A DNA stretch of 63,279 bases, the filler included, from Bigelowiella natans CCMP2755 (Eukaryota; Protista; Cercozoa), in NCBI GenBank assembly GCA_000320545.1. It is 4 parts of 4 records of this genome, joined end to end, with 100 filler letters (N's around TTAATTAATTAA, not from the genome) between each part and the next. Parts side by side here need not be neighbours in the genome. Positions count along the whole stretch, not along the records: positions 1 to 21,903 come from ADNK01000201.1; 3 more parts are not named here. One strand, 5' to 3'. The notes beneath the pieces are model-generated. The model saw nothing but the letters and a program-made list of their open reading frames with translations. It made no database searches and was not told where the DNA came from. The translations under genes were made by a program, and so were the position numbers. This document shows positions 1 through 15,157 of this stretch, one piece after another (the stretch's first letter is position 1; every line of letters begins with the position of its first letter).

Positions 1-102
1 GGGGGGGTTTTTCCCCCCAAGCAAACAAAAAAAGTTTGGGGAAAAACCCGGGAAAAATTTTTTTTCCCGGGGGGGAAAAATTCTCCCCCCCCCCCCCCCC
101 CC

Positions 103-402
103 CGTTCCAATGTAGTGATACAGCTATAGGCGTTGGGCGCTGTAGCAACACAGTATGCAAGCAATCACCTATACAGCCGCAGAAGCTGTTATCTGGTCTG
201 ACGTCATCGAGAACTAATGATTATCGATTGACGATGAAATATACATATCGTGTTTTCGCGTGCGTCATCATACCTTCCGACACAAATACTTGAACGGAAG
301 TCTCATTGTCGGCTCGCACGTCCATCATTTCCAGGAAGGATCTTAAAGGTGAAGGAGAGCGGCAGAAGGGGTAAATGAAGGGATGTTAATTCTTCATCAT
401 CA

Positions 403-433
<31 letters not shown>

Positions 434-791
434 GCACATCGTCTTACTTTTCCTCTTCAACCAACTCGACGAATGACTTTGAGTCTACGACAATCTCGCC
501 CTGCCTCTCCCTCCACTTTCTTCTCAATATCGGTGCAATCCACACCACCATTAGGTAGGCGATGTATGTTCCTAAGCATGATCATCATCATTAATTATCA
601 TCCTCTCCCCTCTCCTCCTCCTCCTCTTCCTCTTCCTCATCATCATCATCATTATCCTCATAATCTCCACTACCCTTTCTCATCTATTACCAACGAGGGA
701 TACTGCTTCCCAAGCCACCACTTTTCCGTCGTGAAAGAAAATACTCAGCTCCGCCAGAGCGATCGCATAGAACATCTAAAGATTTTGACGC

Positions 792-822
<31 letters not shown>

Positions 823-1612
823 CCTATCACTAGTAACCTTATCATGCCAACAGCAGCACCGGTAGTGATGGTAACAATTAACAGCGTTGAAGATGGGTAC
901 GATGACTGACAATGAAAGCAAAACTGCCTCTACATTGTCTACGACAGTACCGACCATATCTCGAAGCATTGGTCGTCGTTTTATCTCTAAAGGCCCGTCG
1001 GTGCATAGAGCACAAACGCCAGGAATCAGCAGGAATGCAATCCAGCCACTTCCTGATGATGATGATGATGATGATAATGACGATGATGATAACTACGACG
1101 ATGCTATTGTGCATAAATTGTTGGCAGTCGTTTATGCTATCAGCAGGAACCAATAATGGCGCCGACGCCTGTGTCAGATTGGCCCTTCAATGTCGTCACT
1201 GCGTTCACCACGATTTCCGGTGCAGCAGACCTGTATATTGTTTCGGAATACCGTTGTCTACTCACGTATGCATAAATGAATAGATGCACGCGTGCATGCA
1301 TATTCTTCGTGAAGAGTGTGAGAGTGCGAGTGTGAGTGTGAGCGAGTGTGTGTGCATCACCATTGATGTATTATACAAATGGTGTAAATCTCTATGTATG
1401 TATATCGGTATGCGTACCCGAACGCCATGAAGGTCGCTCCAGCTATATCCTCTCGCACACGCCATCGTATACATAGCACCTCTAAGCTGGCCTGTATATT
1501 AACATATTGCATGAGGAGGAATAAGATTCCATGGGATATCACACGGTGAACAGTACAGTAGGAGCATTTTCTGTAACCCACATCTTTCTCTCTCTCTTCT
1601 ATGGTTATCATT

Positions 1613-1648
<36 letters not shown>

Positions 1649-2009
1649 GTCTTCATCGTCGTCATATATCCTGCAGCATAACGCATGATCGACAACCACT
1701 AAATAGTCGTCACAGATGGCGGCCAATCCCAAGAATCCATACAGCAACAGGAACACCTGGACGAAAATTTTGAGATGAAGAAGAAGAAAAAGGGAAGTAA
1801 GAGAATTATCATAACATCCAGCATAGTGTCGTCCATCGTCGAATATATCTGCACTAAAGTGCAATTTGCAGCTCATACCATTCAATCGGCGATAGACAAC
1901 CCCTCTTTCTACTCACGTGTCCCAACAATGCATGCAGACATTATTCCGACCTCTAATATGATGCCCCACGATGTGCTGTCGATTGTTGATAGACAAAGGT
2001 CCTTACGTA

Positions 2010-2053
<44 letters not shown>

Positions 2054-2214
2054 GGGGGAGGGATGGAGAGCGGGTCAACCAGGGCACTGCACCGATAAGA
2101 ACACCAAATCTGTACCACCGGTCGGGGGGGAAAATATCTTTGAATCATTCGAATGGTGTATCTCCCTCCTGGAGGGCTAACACAAGACATTTCCCTACCG
2201 TGAGAAAGGAGCAT
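103..2214 (-). CDS. K+-dependent Na+/Ca2+ exchanger (CaCA/NCKX family), multi-exon, 3' end runs off the window
   Basis: Spliced minus-strand exons read VFLLLYGFLGLAAICDDYLV / ASLEVLCIRWRVREDIAGATFMAFG / SAAPEIVVNAV..DTGVGAIIG / SGWIAFLLIPGVC..KRRPMLRD. This contains the alpha-1 repeat (GATFMAxGSxAPE) of NCKX exchangers. Start codon uncertain. Confidence 0.9.
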
Positions 2215-2940
2215 TCCTCACTCATTCCAAGAGGTGCTCTTCTTCCGCAGACGAGAAAATACCGCTTCCTCTGTCGTCCGTCCTTGGCCCGGGCGCCTCT
2301 CTATCGCCTATTCTCCTTCTCGCCCTCCTCTGTTCTTCGTCGCCCAACGGAGAACTACTTCTTATTCAATTCACAGCGGTGCACGTGCAGAGAACAGGTT
2401 CGGCTGGGAGGGGTGACGCCATAAAAATCAGCGACCGGAAACAGTATAAATTGAATTGTATTTATCGTGTGCGACAACTAATATACGAGCATTCCTGTGA
2501 ATTTAATAAAACGACTTCCGTCTCTTGATGGCGACACTGTGTAGTAATAAAACGGCGAACTTCAGCCGCTCGGCTGGCCACCGGAAATCTCGAGTAAGAA
2601 CGAAATTCGAGCGAGATATCACCTAAACTTGTGTGGAGAACATGAGCGGGGCCTTTCTGCATTTCGCAATCCCGATTGCAGCAATCCTTGTTGAACATTT
2701 CAGATGTTTTTCGGATGGAAATCGACCCATTCGGCTCGCGGCAGAGTCGTTGCAGCAAAACTAAAAAGGCACGATGCCCAGCTCGCACGCACATCCCCCT
2801 GCGCGCTCGCGCATGTCATGATTGTGCAGCCAATGATGGCGCCATGAAGGAGTAGGACTGGAATAGTGAAGACCATGATCCACCACGTAAGGTGTGCTTA
2901 CAGCCGTGTCTAAATCGACGGCGGCGGCTGGCGACAGGGC

Positions 2941-3917
2941 ATGAACTTGCATGCACAGCGAGAAGCCGTTGCACTGAGGAAGCGAAGGAGGAGGCGTGGC
3001 TTCTGGATCATCGTCTCCTTCCACCTTTGCTTCGCTCTTTCTGTGTTTGGGATTGATAAAATAACTAAGGCGGAGCCATCGTTGCTGAAGGTGAGTAGTT
3101 TGAGTGAGATTAGCTACCATGAGAATGATACCGACGACAACGACGACGACGACGACGACAACGACGACAATGGGAAACGAACTTAATCTCTTCATGTTGA
3201 TACTCTCAGAAGAAAAGCAGCGCAGCTGATAGTGCTAGCTCCTTGGGGAGAGCGTCGAGGGAGTTTGAGCTTGCACTTAGGCATTGCGTCAACAAGTAAA
3301 TAACCGCAATTACCACCGTATCCTGCTTCTACCAGAGGCTATATCATGCTTCGTTGTAGAGCAGTAGGAAATTATTCATCGCCGTCACTTAGTCCAATCA
3401 TCATAATCGCGATCATTCCCATCCCACATCCTTGCAGATATGACAAGTTCTCTGAATTGGAGAAAGAGTTTCAGTCAGTGGTCATGGATTTGATTACGGT
3501 AGTACGCGATTTGCTCGCCAAGAGAGCGTAATAACGGATACAAGTCATTTCTCCAATAACACCTAATTGCGACGTCGTTGCCGCTCTTGTCGTCTCCCTC
3601 CCCTCTCTCCTCTGCACATAGTTGTTCGCTAAATTCCTTTTCTCATGTAGGGGATCAGTAGCAGCGAAATCCGGGCCAAAAAGCGCCTGCGATTCCAGCA
3701 GAAACGAGAACTTGAGGAGGAGAAAGAAGGCCTCTTGCAACCAACGGTACGCTCCTTTGTCCTCTCCCTCCCCCCCCCCCCCCCCCCTTCCACTGATGCC
3801 GCAGCGACAAAATGCTCAGGCGATGAAGATTCACGATTTCGCTCGGGCTATGGCGAAGTTGGAAGTAAGCAAACTGCATTCAATCAATAACCAAGGCCAA
3901 CAATCAAATAGTACATC

Positions 3918-3957
<40 letters not shown>

Positions 3958-4330
3958 TAATATATGTCACTAAAAATATTTAAAATGTATTGGCTTTGGT
4001 TCCTATCACCCAGGCGTTGAAAGCACGTGTCCAACTGACCAACGACACGGATATAGAAGATGATGACTACGACTTTGACGGTGAGTTGGGAGACGATAAC
4101 GAACTTGAGCTCCTTTACGACGATGGCGACGACACAACTGCGATCACAGGAAGGGGGGGGAGAGGAATGACCATGAGGACGGAACAGGCAAAGCGGCAAA
4201 AAGAGGGGAATGATGACCGCATGATGAAGCAATCAACATTCCACGAGTTATCCGTAAACACTGAGCTTTTCGGAGTGAATCACGATTTGCTACAAAGAGG
4301 TGAAGAATGACTACCACAGTTGCGTATCAC

Positions 4331-4366
<36 letters not shown>

Positions 4367-4506
4367 AAATTGAAAATTGAACAACTTGCAGATTTGAACT
4401 TGGCGCGAAAAGACGGCGGCGACGACTTCGAGATCGACGATGAGGAAGAGGATGAGGTGGTCGCAACGAGTGTGCGCATATGCATGTATATATGTATACG
4501 TTCGCA

Positions 4507-4559
<53 letters not shown>

Positions 4560-4863
4560 ATAGAACCTCAAGTGTCACATATCGTATTGGCTTTTGACAA
4601 TCTGACCTGCAGCCATAATTTACAGCAGCAAAGAGAACAAAGCATGGTGCAGAAGAGGATTAAGAAGAAGAAGAAGGAGATCGACGCCGAAGCAGGAGAA
4701 ATAAGTATAAAAAAAAAGAAAAGAAGAACATACCAAATCTCTACCTCCCTCATCGACCGAACTCCCCCCCCTCCCCCTCTCTCCTCCTCATCGGCAGAAA
4801 CTAAGAGCCGACTGCGGCGTGCTGCCCTCGGCGACACAGTGAGGACGAAAAGATACTTACATG

Positions 4864-4902
<39 letters not shown>

Positions 4903-7473
4903 TTCACAAGAATGAACCACCGCATGCCTTTACGCTTTGCCATCGAAGCATAGCAAGGAAGAAGATTTCACAAACAAATGCTTTGTCCTTTCCCTCCCCC
5001 CACCCCCCTTCTCATAGCCTGTGAAAGAGTTTGGAATCCCGACGGGAAGCTTAGGTATCGATCAGCAGCGAGAGGATGTATATCAAATTGACCGCTGCTG
5101 CCCGTCTTACAAGCGCACACACGCCAAACCTCATTTTCCGCCGGACCTAATGATGAAAATGCAGTGGGTGAACATCGATAAACCCTCCTCAAATTTCGAA
5201 TCATGATGATAAGAACCCCCCCCCCCTTCTCTGATGTGCGTAATTGTTTGGCCTCTCAGGACTTGTTGTTGGGTTCGCGGGAGCTGCAGGTGCAGAGGAT
5301 AGCGCTGGCTTGTTTTTCTGTCTAATCGTTGTAGACAGGATGTGATGTCGTCAGAATTTTTAACGTGTTTCATTAGGTGCTGCTGCTACGGCTACGGCAA
5401 GATCCTCTCCCCCCCCCTTCTATCACAAGAATAAGATAAAAGTGCTTTTCGCTTCCTGCGATACGCCCCTTTCGCTGAAGGTCTGATGTCAGTGTTATAC
5501 CAGTGGGGGGAGGGGGGGAGAGACATATGAGTCCTAAGGCTTCGAAGCTTTTATGTGACGAGAATCGTTCGTTTTTTTTTGGTATTGTTGGAAGTCTAGA
5601 GAAAGTCGTATCATGCTGCTTATTCTTCTTAAAAAACCCAATGACCTTCTTTTTCATCATCATCATCATCATCACCGTTATCCTTTGATTTCACAACAAC
5701 AACAAAAAAGATGGGAATCGATGTGGAGAAGGTTGACGATAAGCTGCTCGTAGCGACCCCGTTTGGGTTCGGACTCGTCGTGCGGGGGGGGGGAGAGTAC
5801 GTGGAAGTGGAGACTCTCTTGGGGATGAGGATACCGGAAATACACAAATCGCTTATCACGCCTGCTCCGGGAGGTAATTGACTCTAAGAAAGAGTTTCAA
5901 TTCAAGAGTAGAAACAGCGGCAGCGGCAGCAGTGCCATCACGAAGCCCATGCATACAGCAGCGGTTAAATAAAAAAAATGAGGAAGTGTGTAGGTGGGGG
6001 GGAATGTTAGAGACGACGTTATATCTCCCAACACCAGGAATTAGTAGCATGTAGCACCTCATCGATAGTACACGTCTCCACATGCTCGCACAGAGTTACC
6101 ACTGCGTGTACCACGTGGCTTTTTCCTCGCGGGCCGCTATGCTCTCTATCCCCTCCCCCCCCCTCCTCTCTCTCTCTCTCTCTCTCTCTCGAATAGTCGC
6201 GAAAACCGCCATCTTTGCTGTTGTTAGGATGGAGAAACACATCCAATTTAAAAGTAGTATTCTCCAAGCCCCGGCGGGAGGTAGTAATACGCGTGATTTC
6301 CGCCATTATCATTGGAAATGCTCGATTTGCGATCGTTTTGTTTTTACATCAGATTTGTTTAAAGAGACTTATAAGCTGTTACACACACCCCTCCCCCCCC
6401 CCTCCCATTTCCTCAAACAGAGCACGATAGTCGCCACAGAAGATGAACGTCTGAACGCCGTCGCCCACGGGATCGACAACGTTGCGCAAAGGATAGGAGA
6501 TGTGCTATGTTGGGTCTCTGACCTAGGTATTGAGACGAAGTAGTAGTAGCGGTGATAGTGGTAGTAGGAGTTGTAGAAGGGGGAAGTAGTATTGAGCAGT
6601 AGTAGAAGAGTGAGGAGGAGGAGGAGGGAATGTTGTAAATAGCAGTGATTGATGATTGATGACATGAAACGGCGGCGCATGCCTATTTAATGCGTTGTTG
6701 GGTGAGACTATCGTCATCCCCCACTCCCATTTCCTGGGGGAACGAAATCCAAACCACGCACATGTCAAAAAATGCAGATGATTTTCTCATATATTCAATC
6801 ATCAGCGAGAGAGATCCAGATGATGCATCTCATGTTGTTTCGATGGCATTTCCTTTTGATTTCTCCTCCATGCTACACATATTAGGCTCGGAGCCGTACG
6901 ATGCACTCAACGCCCTTCAACTTCCTAAGACGCTGCTGCAATCACCCCCGAGGTAGCCTCTACATGGTATATCACGGAATGAATGGAAATCATCAACGGC
7001 TTATGGCATGAAAGAAGGGAGAATCTCTTTATTATGGCTGCTGCGCTGATAGAAGGATGATGATGACGATGTTGTTGATGATGATGATGATTCTGGTAAT
7101 GACATATTTGAGTTAATGACGACTTTTTGGGGTTATTTGAAGGAGGGGGGGGGGAAAGAAGGGAGGCCAAGAAGACGACGAGACGCTCATCTCCTACCAG
7201 AATGCAGCAGCGAATATTCCGGTCAACTTTGAAAGCTTACCTTGCTATTCCGCAGAGGAAGCTCAAGATAAAGGTGAGAAATGATGACCATGTGCATTTT
7301 TTTTTGAAAATTGATTTCGTTTGCCTCTCTGTTTCTCATCATCAACGTTCGTCGTCGTCGTCGTTGTCATCATCACCATCATCATCATCATCATCATCAT
7401 CATTTGCAGCAGCAGCAATTTTCTTTAGATAAATTACATCTATACACACACACACACACACACACACATTTTC

Positions 7474-7516
<43 letters not shown>

Positions 7517-7995
7517 CGCCCATATCATCACCATCATCCTGGTAGTATCAGTGAACCCTGTCGTCCACATTGATTATCCCCATAAACAACATAATGGCAT
7601 GCCCCTTCCCCCCCCCCCCTCCCCCCCCTCCTCTCTCTCGTATCACAGCGAGAACGCTGAATCTCACTGCTCGCTGGATCATTGCTGGTGCTAGGGACAA
7701 GAAATCAAATCTCGAAGGAAGGGTGCTGAAAGTGGTAGTACAGCAGCCCTTATCCATTCACTCTATATCTCCAACGTAAAACATACCAGTAGTAGCCAAA
7801 AATAAAAATAATGTATAAATTGCATATACACGTCTCTTTATGACATATTAAAAAATCAAACAACCGCAGCAACACAACGATTACTTCTATGATTCACGCA
7901 GAGCGATATCAACGGGGTCTATAGAGCAGTGCCGAACGTGTTGGTAAACTCAAGGCCGATTTATGAGAAGGATCCTCCTGGTAAGATAGTATTAT

Positions 7996-8057
<62 letters not shown>

Positions 8058-8641
8058 AGTACTGCAGCAAAGGAGCTGCCCTCCACCCATCCAAGAGGGA
8101 GATTGCTTTTGACATGTCGCAAAGATATAGGACGGCGCGATTAGAGCGAGGATGCCTACCCGTTTAATTGGCGAGTGCGAAGACGAATGCAGCGAGTGTG
8201 CAAAGTTGGGATAGATGATGAGAGTCATTGTTGCTCTCGCCTATTGTTGTTGTTGTTGTTTTTGTTGTCAAACAGGTAAGGAAACGATGATTTGGCATTG
8301 CGCCGATGTTGAAGGAGGTCAAAGAGGTAAAGTTAATCCTCTTCTTACTCCTCATCCTGTTCTTCTTCTTGTCGTTTTCATCATCACCATCATCACAATA
8401 GCATTCTATCTCTTTGCCTGTGCTCCTCCTCCCCTTCCTCCTCCCGTATCATTTGCTCGGTGTTATCAGCCTGGGTTATAGGCCCGAGGAAGTACCTTGG
8501 ATTGACAGTAGGTACCGGTGCCTATCGTAGCAGCAGTAGAGGAGGAGGAGGGAGAGGGAAAGGGAGAGGGAGAGGGAGAGGGAGGACGAGACGGAATGAG
8601 TTGCAAAGAACTTGACAACGCTCAAACCTCCATTATGTATC

Positions 8642-8680
<39 letters not shown>

Positions 8681-8923
8681 TATAAGCTTTCGGATATAGA
8701 TTATTTTGTACACACATGTCCTGTGTGCTTTCCATCATTAACACGGGTGCTATTATCTACCCCCCCTCACCCCCCTCTCATTTCCATAAAAAACAGGCTA
8801 CGCTTACAAGATTGGAGCGGGGCTGCAGGACAAAACCACTTGGTAGTAGTAAATGCGAGAGAGGGAGAGGAAGGAATGATTGGAGACTGGATATACATAA
8901 AAATAAAAAAATAGATACATAAA

Positions 8924-8956
<33 letters not shown>

Positions 8957-9690
8957 ACGTTACCTCCAAGTTCTCCTCATCTTTATATACCAGTCCGTAC
9001 GATGCTATACCCCTCGCCTTCCCCCCCCCCCCCCTGTCCTTGGGAGCTTTGCTCAATCTTTTGTTGTGCAGGCCTTGAAAAATGGTGTGCATCGTGTGTT
9101 CCCAAATGTGTTTCAGGTACACGACAGACGTGGACATCAACGGTGAAGGGGAAGAGGGGGGGGGGGGGGAGGAGGAGGTGGACGAGGAGAGAGAGTACGG
9201 CTACGGCAATGAAGCTTCTCTGGTTTCTTCATCGAAGAACAAGAGGAATAGAACAAACCGCCAACATCGTCATTCTGGCAAATACTTCACGTATGTTCCT
9301 GGGGAGCTTCCGGCCTCCTCTCAAGACTACAATGTGATGCTTATCCTTAACGTTACGAAGCTACCAGGCCCTTCATCGTTACTCAATCTGCAAGATGACG
9401 GGCGGGGCGCGGAAGATGAGGAAATAGCCCTCAGCACGATGCAGCCTTCTCTGATCGCTCCAAGCATAAATTCATCGTATGAAGTAGATGAACCTGTGGA
9501 AGTGATGATGCTAGGATGCTGCAATTCCCCCCCCTTCTGGGCCCCTGCCCGCATAGAAGCCGTCGAGGCCGACGAGGACATTACGCAGTACCGAAGCTCT
9601 CGAGTGCCATACAAGTCTCCGATTTTCCCCAATCGCTACGGCAAAGCAGAGGAATGGGGGAGCGGTAATGGCTTCCCCCCGTCAGGATGA
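2941..9690 (+). CDS. Large multi-exon hypothetical protein(s) with an N-terminal signal anchor, acidic/coiled stretches and a possible Agenet/Tudor-like segment near the end
   Basis: A series of plus-strand GT-AG-bounded open exons lies between microsatellite introns (e.g. ~3439-3500, ~4013-4320, ~5709-5872, ~6777-6952, ~7649-7776, ~9117-9690). The last reads YEVDEPVEVMM..FWAPARIEAV. Gene number and boundaries are unresolved. Confidence 0.45.
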
Positions 9691-9859
9691 TCGTCGTTGT
9701 TGTCGTTATTGTCGTCGTTGTCATTGTCGCTGTCATAATGTGCCGAGCATATCTTGAGAAACAGCTGTCATATAGTCGTCATCACCATCATCAACATCAT
9801 CATCATCATCATCATCATCTCATCATCTCTGGCACGCTTAAACGAGATGATGTCGCGTA

Positions 9860-10359
9860 GGCTATTATCATGACCACAACGCCAAGTACTACTACGGGCT
9901 CCGGATCGAACGAACGCGCCTCACGAGATTTGCCCGGTACTAATGCGTAGGAATTCTTGACAGGCGAAAGGCTATATCAACATCATCATCATCATCATCA
10001 ACAACAACAACAACAATAGTAACAGCGATAACAACGACGATGCACATCATAGGTGTAGCGGCATTCGTGTAAGTCGTATTCCGTGGTTCCTGCTTCGCAA
10101 ACGACCGGACAGCGCCAACGATGGTGCTGCGAGCAAGTCTTGTGGCGGCGATGAAGACGAAGAGGTGAGAAGGGAGATGGGGAGGGAGGGGCCAAGAGGA
10201 GAGACCGGATGGAGGAAGTGACGAGATGGGTGGTTTGGTAGGGCATTGGTGATGGGGAAGGATGATGTGGCCAATTTTATATACATTCCTAACACACACA
10301 CACACACACACACACACGATGTTCGTATAGCTGATATATTTACATATATATAAGACGGA

Positions 10360-10401
<42 letters not shown>

Positions 10402-11533
10402 CAAATGCTGCTGCTACTTATACTGCTCCGACTGCAAACCCTCTCTACCAACATCAGCATCTGGAACGCGGAACGACCCACATGGCAGCATTAATGCGCG
10501 AAATTGCAGACTGCAGCGACAGCAGCCGAAGCAACCAAGATGACGATGTGGATGGTTACCTTCATCGTCGCAGCGCCAAGGAAAACGGCTATAGCAAATC
10601 GGAGAGCTGCTCGGACCGATTTTGCGGCAGTGAGAATGATGATGAGGAGGGCAGGAGCAGTAGTAGCAAGAATGCCATCAACATCCGAGATGGTGCGTGG
10701 GGGTGGTAGGCAGAGAAGAGAAGGGCCAGATGAGAGGGAATGTGTACATTATTTACATGATCACATATATCTCCAGAAGATCATCCTCATAATTGCTTTT
10801 GACTCTCTGATGTTCATTATCTATTTGCACGTTTGAAAAGGGCCTTTGCGGTTCGGCTACGAAGTGAGCGGTGCCCCAGAGAAGTTCAGATACGCTAACG
10901 GTAGTAGTAGTAGTAGAAATAGCAGCAGAAGTAGCAGTAACAATAGGAGGAAAATCGCAGCAGCAGCCGTAATGCTGGAGAGGCCTCTTGGCAACCATTT
11001 GACTCAAAATTGCGTCTTGTTGGCATCATCAGGGCTGTACATTCGCGTGGAGGGCAGGACGGTCAACGGACAGTCTTTCTTCGCAAAGCTCCCGCATACG
11101 GAGGTAACCTAGCCTTGTGCTGAAATCGCACAGATAGATAGAGATACTTAACGGTTGGAGGAAAGGGAGGGGGGAGAGGGGGGGCTGGTGGTAGTGATTC
11201 TCCAATTTCGGACTTAAAAGTGTTGTGTGTGTTGTGTGGACACTTCCAGGGAATACGTTTATGGATGGCAAAGAATTTTCTCGTGATGGGGGGCAGTGGA
11301 ACAGTTGTTTCCTCCCCAATCGTAAAGCAGCCATCGTTGTTTGTCAACCGCCATGAGGTGTCGTTGCCTTCACGCCGTGGATGATGTTCTGCTTCTCTTT
11401 ATGAATTTACTCTTCTTTGTACCATGAATTTGTACAGAATATCGATAATCGGGCAATAGAGACGTGGTTCATTGGATCTTCAAAAGACGCAGGTACCGAC
11501 TTAGTTGTTACGATAAATTAGCGTCACTGCTGT

Positions 11534-11605
<72 letters not shown>

Positions 11606-13981
11606 TGGGTTTATATTAATGAACTAAGGAAAAACTACTATCAATTTCGTTGTTATTCCCTGTTCGTAGGAACTGCGAGAGGCGACTTGTGTTTACCAGG
11701 AACAGTAGGTTTGTAGCTGCTGCTTCTTCTGCTGCTATTGCACAGATCACGATGATGATTATAAACACAAAGATGATATAAAGATGATTACGGCGATAAA
11801 TCATTTTACAAGTGTGTCTAAAAGGATTTATGTGTGTGCATCTTGCCGTTTCTATATGCTTAGGCGTTGAGGATTACTGGTATCTAAATCTACCATCTGG
11901 GGCCATTCCGATGACCTCCATAACGGCGAAGGAAGTTCTTCTCACTCCGGATATTATTGAGCAAAAATGTACGCATATAGATGGGCACGCATGCGCGCGA
12001 GCACATTGCTGTATAGAAGAGTTTATGTGTGTGTATGTGTTGTGTGTGTGTGTGTGTGTATACGAGGTGCCATCGTTGTTGCAGTAGATCGATCTTGCGC
12101 TGATTTATTTGTTCGTTCGGTCTGCTGATATTTATACGACATTTCCCCCATATCTTAGTATTATCTTCCAAAGAGGACTTCAACCGCGCGGCTGCTACAA
12201 CAACAGCAGCAGAACCTTCAACAAAATCAACGTTTCCTGGCGACGCTGAACCTCCTGCCCCCCCGCCATACCCACCACCAGCATCCTCATCAGCATCACT
12301 CGAAAGGGAATTGGTGATGCAGAATATCCGAGTCGTGCTTCAAGAGCAACGACGTCATGTAGTTGGCACCGAGCGTTCCTGCGTGCCGTCCAACCCGTTT
12401 GGGCCTGGGATGGGGGAGGAGGAAGCCATGAAGACAGCATCATCGACACATGGAGTGGCTGCAGGCGATGAGCGACCCAAAGGATGGGGAGGAGGAGAAG
12501 AAGAGCAACAACAAATAGGACTTCGAGTAGTGTTTGTTTTCCCCCTGATATATTTCCGATAGCATAATGGCTGTTGGTGAGTGAGGCGGTTGTTGTAGTG
12601 AGAGAGTTGTATTATAGGGGGGAGATCTAGCGCTTAGGAACATAATCAATTGCATATTCCTCTCCTACGGTAAAGCCTCTCGTCCTTATTCTCCTCCCCC
12701 TCCTTACCATTGCAGGCTGCAGCCAGCACCCTCTTCTATGGGGGGAAAAAGAATCAGACGAGCGACCCCGCCGCTACCAGTACCCCTCCCCCCCCCCTCT
12801 ACCAACTCCATGCATGCGTCTTTGGGGCAGAGTACAAAGACGTATGGGTTGACCTCTACAGCTGCACACCGAGCGACGTCAATGGAAAGGCTGGCGAGTC
12901 AACCACTGATCCTGGTTGCTTTGATGATGATGGAAACAATGCGGCAGATTTTAAAAAATCGGTACTATCGAATAAACAAAAAGGAAGGGGACGGAAAGCT
13001 AGGACCCGTAATACCCCCAAAGTTGTTGCTGCTGCTGCTGCTGCCAGCACCCCTTACGATGACGGACGTGATTGCTTTGATGTTATCGTCGCGGATACTT
13101 TCAGAAACAGGTGAGACATTCATGAAGAGACAGTGTGAAACTGGAGAGTTTCTTGTTTTATGCTTCAGCACCTGTTAGCTCTCCCACTGTACATGAGAGA
13201 CCCATGTGTGCGTGTAATGCCGTCACCTTATCATTCTTATTGTCTTCGAAGGGAACTCGACCTCGTGGGGCGGATGCTGCGCAGGGCACCCAGAACGTGG
13301 ATCAGGAAGCTACCAGAAGCCGAGGCGGGGCGCATTCGGTCACGCATCGATGTGGGCGATACGGTGGAAATATTTGGGTTGAAAGACCGCAAGTATCGGA
13401 GGCTCAATGGCCAGATTGGCCATGTCGTAACTTTGGTCATGGACGGAGAGGATGGTACTTCTGCACGTACTGAAACGGATAGAGGAGACAGAAGAGTCAG
13501 CCGTGTTAGAGTAGCCCTTCTTTCCAGCTTAGAGAGAAAGAGCTTCAAACTCCGCAACGTAAGGCATGCGGCGCCTTCATCTATGCGCCTCCTCGATGAC
13601 TATAATGCCTCTGGAGACGGGGCCATGAACGATACATACTACGACAGCAACTCGATATTATACAACCCAGGAGCTGCAGTGGATAATACAACTGCTGGGG
13701 CGGCCTACTATTTCACAGTTCCTAGGTTGCATCTTCTTGGAAGAAGGGAACAACGAAGAATGGATGATGTAGCATCCAAGGAGATGAGTGGAGGAGTGGT
13801 CATTTCAAATGACAATTTGTTCGCGCGCCCGCTCCGCCTTCTCAAAAGAAACTTTCTTCGGCCTTCTTTGTCTCCCTCCCCAGCGCCTACCTTGCCTATT
13901 GGCGTCTCGCTTTCAGAGATTTTGAATTTGCACCAGGAACTACTCGGCAACGTGTCGACAGAGGATGGATCTAATGATTAA
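9860..13981 (+). CDS. Multi-exon hypothetical protein, possibly a continuation of the previous gene
   Basis: Plus-strand exons at ~10846-11103 and ~12715-13110, and a long terminal exon within ORF 13160-13981 containing VGDTVEIFGLKDRKYRRLNGQIGHV (a V.I.GL...LNG..G.V, KOW/SH3-like pattern). Confidence 0.5.
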
Positions 13982-14099
13982 CTCTTGCCGGTTGTAGGCT
14001 TCCGCTTTCATGGTGTCAATCATGCAGTTGCGATGTTCATCTTTCATCATCAAAGACGTGAGCGACGCTTTGTGGATGAACTGTATCAGCCAAATCAAA

Positions 14100-14930
14100 C
14101 TAACAGCCCCTTGCAGTCATCCATGTTGTGCAGCATGTGCATTGCTAGATCACAGGACCATGTGCTGCACGTCTAGACGTGTCGATCGCAATGGGTGCTG
14201 TTGGTGCACAACTCGTGTGGTTGCAATCGCAGACGTGGCCGCAAAGAGCGGTTGTGTGACTGACTGCACACCTTCATTGACAACTGCATTTGCTCAGTCT
14301 TGCACGTCTGGACGTGTGTTTCGCGTTCGATGTGTCACGTGCAGTTGTTCGTCTCAGTGGTGCCACAGCGCCATCTTGGCCAACCATGGAACTCCAAAGG
14401 AAATCCTGCGTTCACGCGTGCACGGAGCTGGGGAAGGGCGGGGCACGCAAACAATGATCTTTTTGTGGGTCTGATCGAAGGTTTTCATGACAGACATGCA
14501 ATGTGTCACGCCAGCACGTGTGCATCATGCACATCACATTGCTGTGTCCATCACAGTCATGACAGACGTGCAATTTGTTGTGCACACGTCACGCACATCA
14601 CGTGCGCTTGTTGCACCTGCTCGTGCAACTTCGCGCGGTCCACATTGGGTGTGAGACGCTCTGGCGCTGAACATTGGAACACATTGCACATTGAACATCA
14701 AAATTTTGACATTGATGTCACCACGTGCTCCACTTGATGCACATCTTCGGCAAGAAGAAGGACGTGCTGAAAATGCATTGTTCTCTGGAAGAAAATGAGG
14801 CAGATCCATTAGTTTGGTTCTCAGACATGGCGAGTCCGGCATGTAGAAAGAGAAAAAAATGGGCAAATTCAAGAATTGACAGATTTTCTCTAATGTCGCA
14901 GGGTCAAAATCGCTCGCATTTGTCTAAGTT
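14100..14930. other. TpA-depleted, TG/CA-rich intergenic tract A
   Basis: No TA dinucleotide between 14176 and 14809. The 7 TAs in the tract are all CTA or TAG. CpG is abundant. Confidence 0.9.
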
Positions 14931-15157
14931 TCTGCATGTTCGAGTACGGTCAGCTGTTGGTAAATCGCCCGATCCACTCACAACCCACAGCTCCACAATT
15001 CAAAGACTGTGAGAGATCGCTGACCTGTGCTTCCTGTGTGTGCATGCACATGCATCCCCCGTGTGATATGGGGAAGCCTCGTGGAGGAGGGCTATTTTTT
15101 GCTCTGACTAGTCCTTTTTTTGTTACGTACGTTTAAATTCAGTTGGAACAAACGAAG

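Noticed and set aside
1-102. Homopolymer-run sequence and ORF 36-293
   Set aside because: Typical low-quality read end next to a poly-C tract; not a telomere or a gene.
383-865. Poly-His/Gln/Met/(YI)/(RE)/(CV) ORFs throughout the ORF track
   Set aside because: Translations of intronic microsatellites, often antisense to real genes.
14010-14737. Cys/His-rich, Tyr-free ORFs here and in the other depleted tracts, which look like metal-binding peptides
   Set aside because: A by-product of TA loss: TAA stops and TAY codons are missing while TGY/CAY are enriched. They occur in overlapping frames on both strands.
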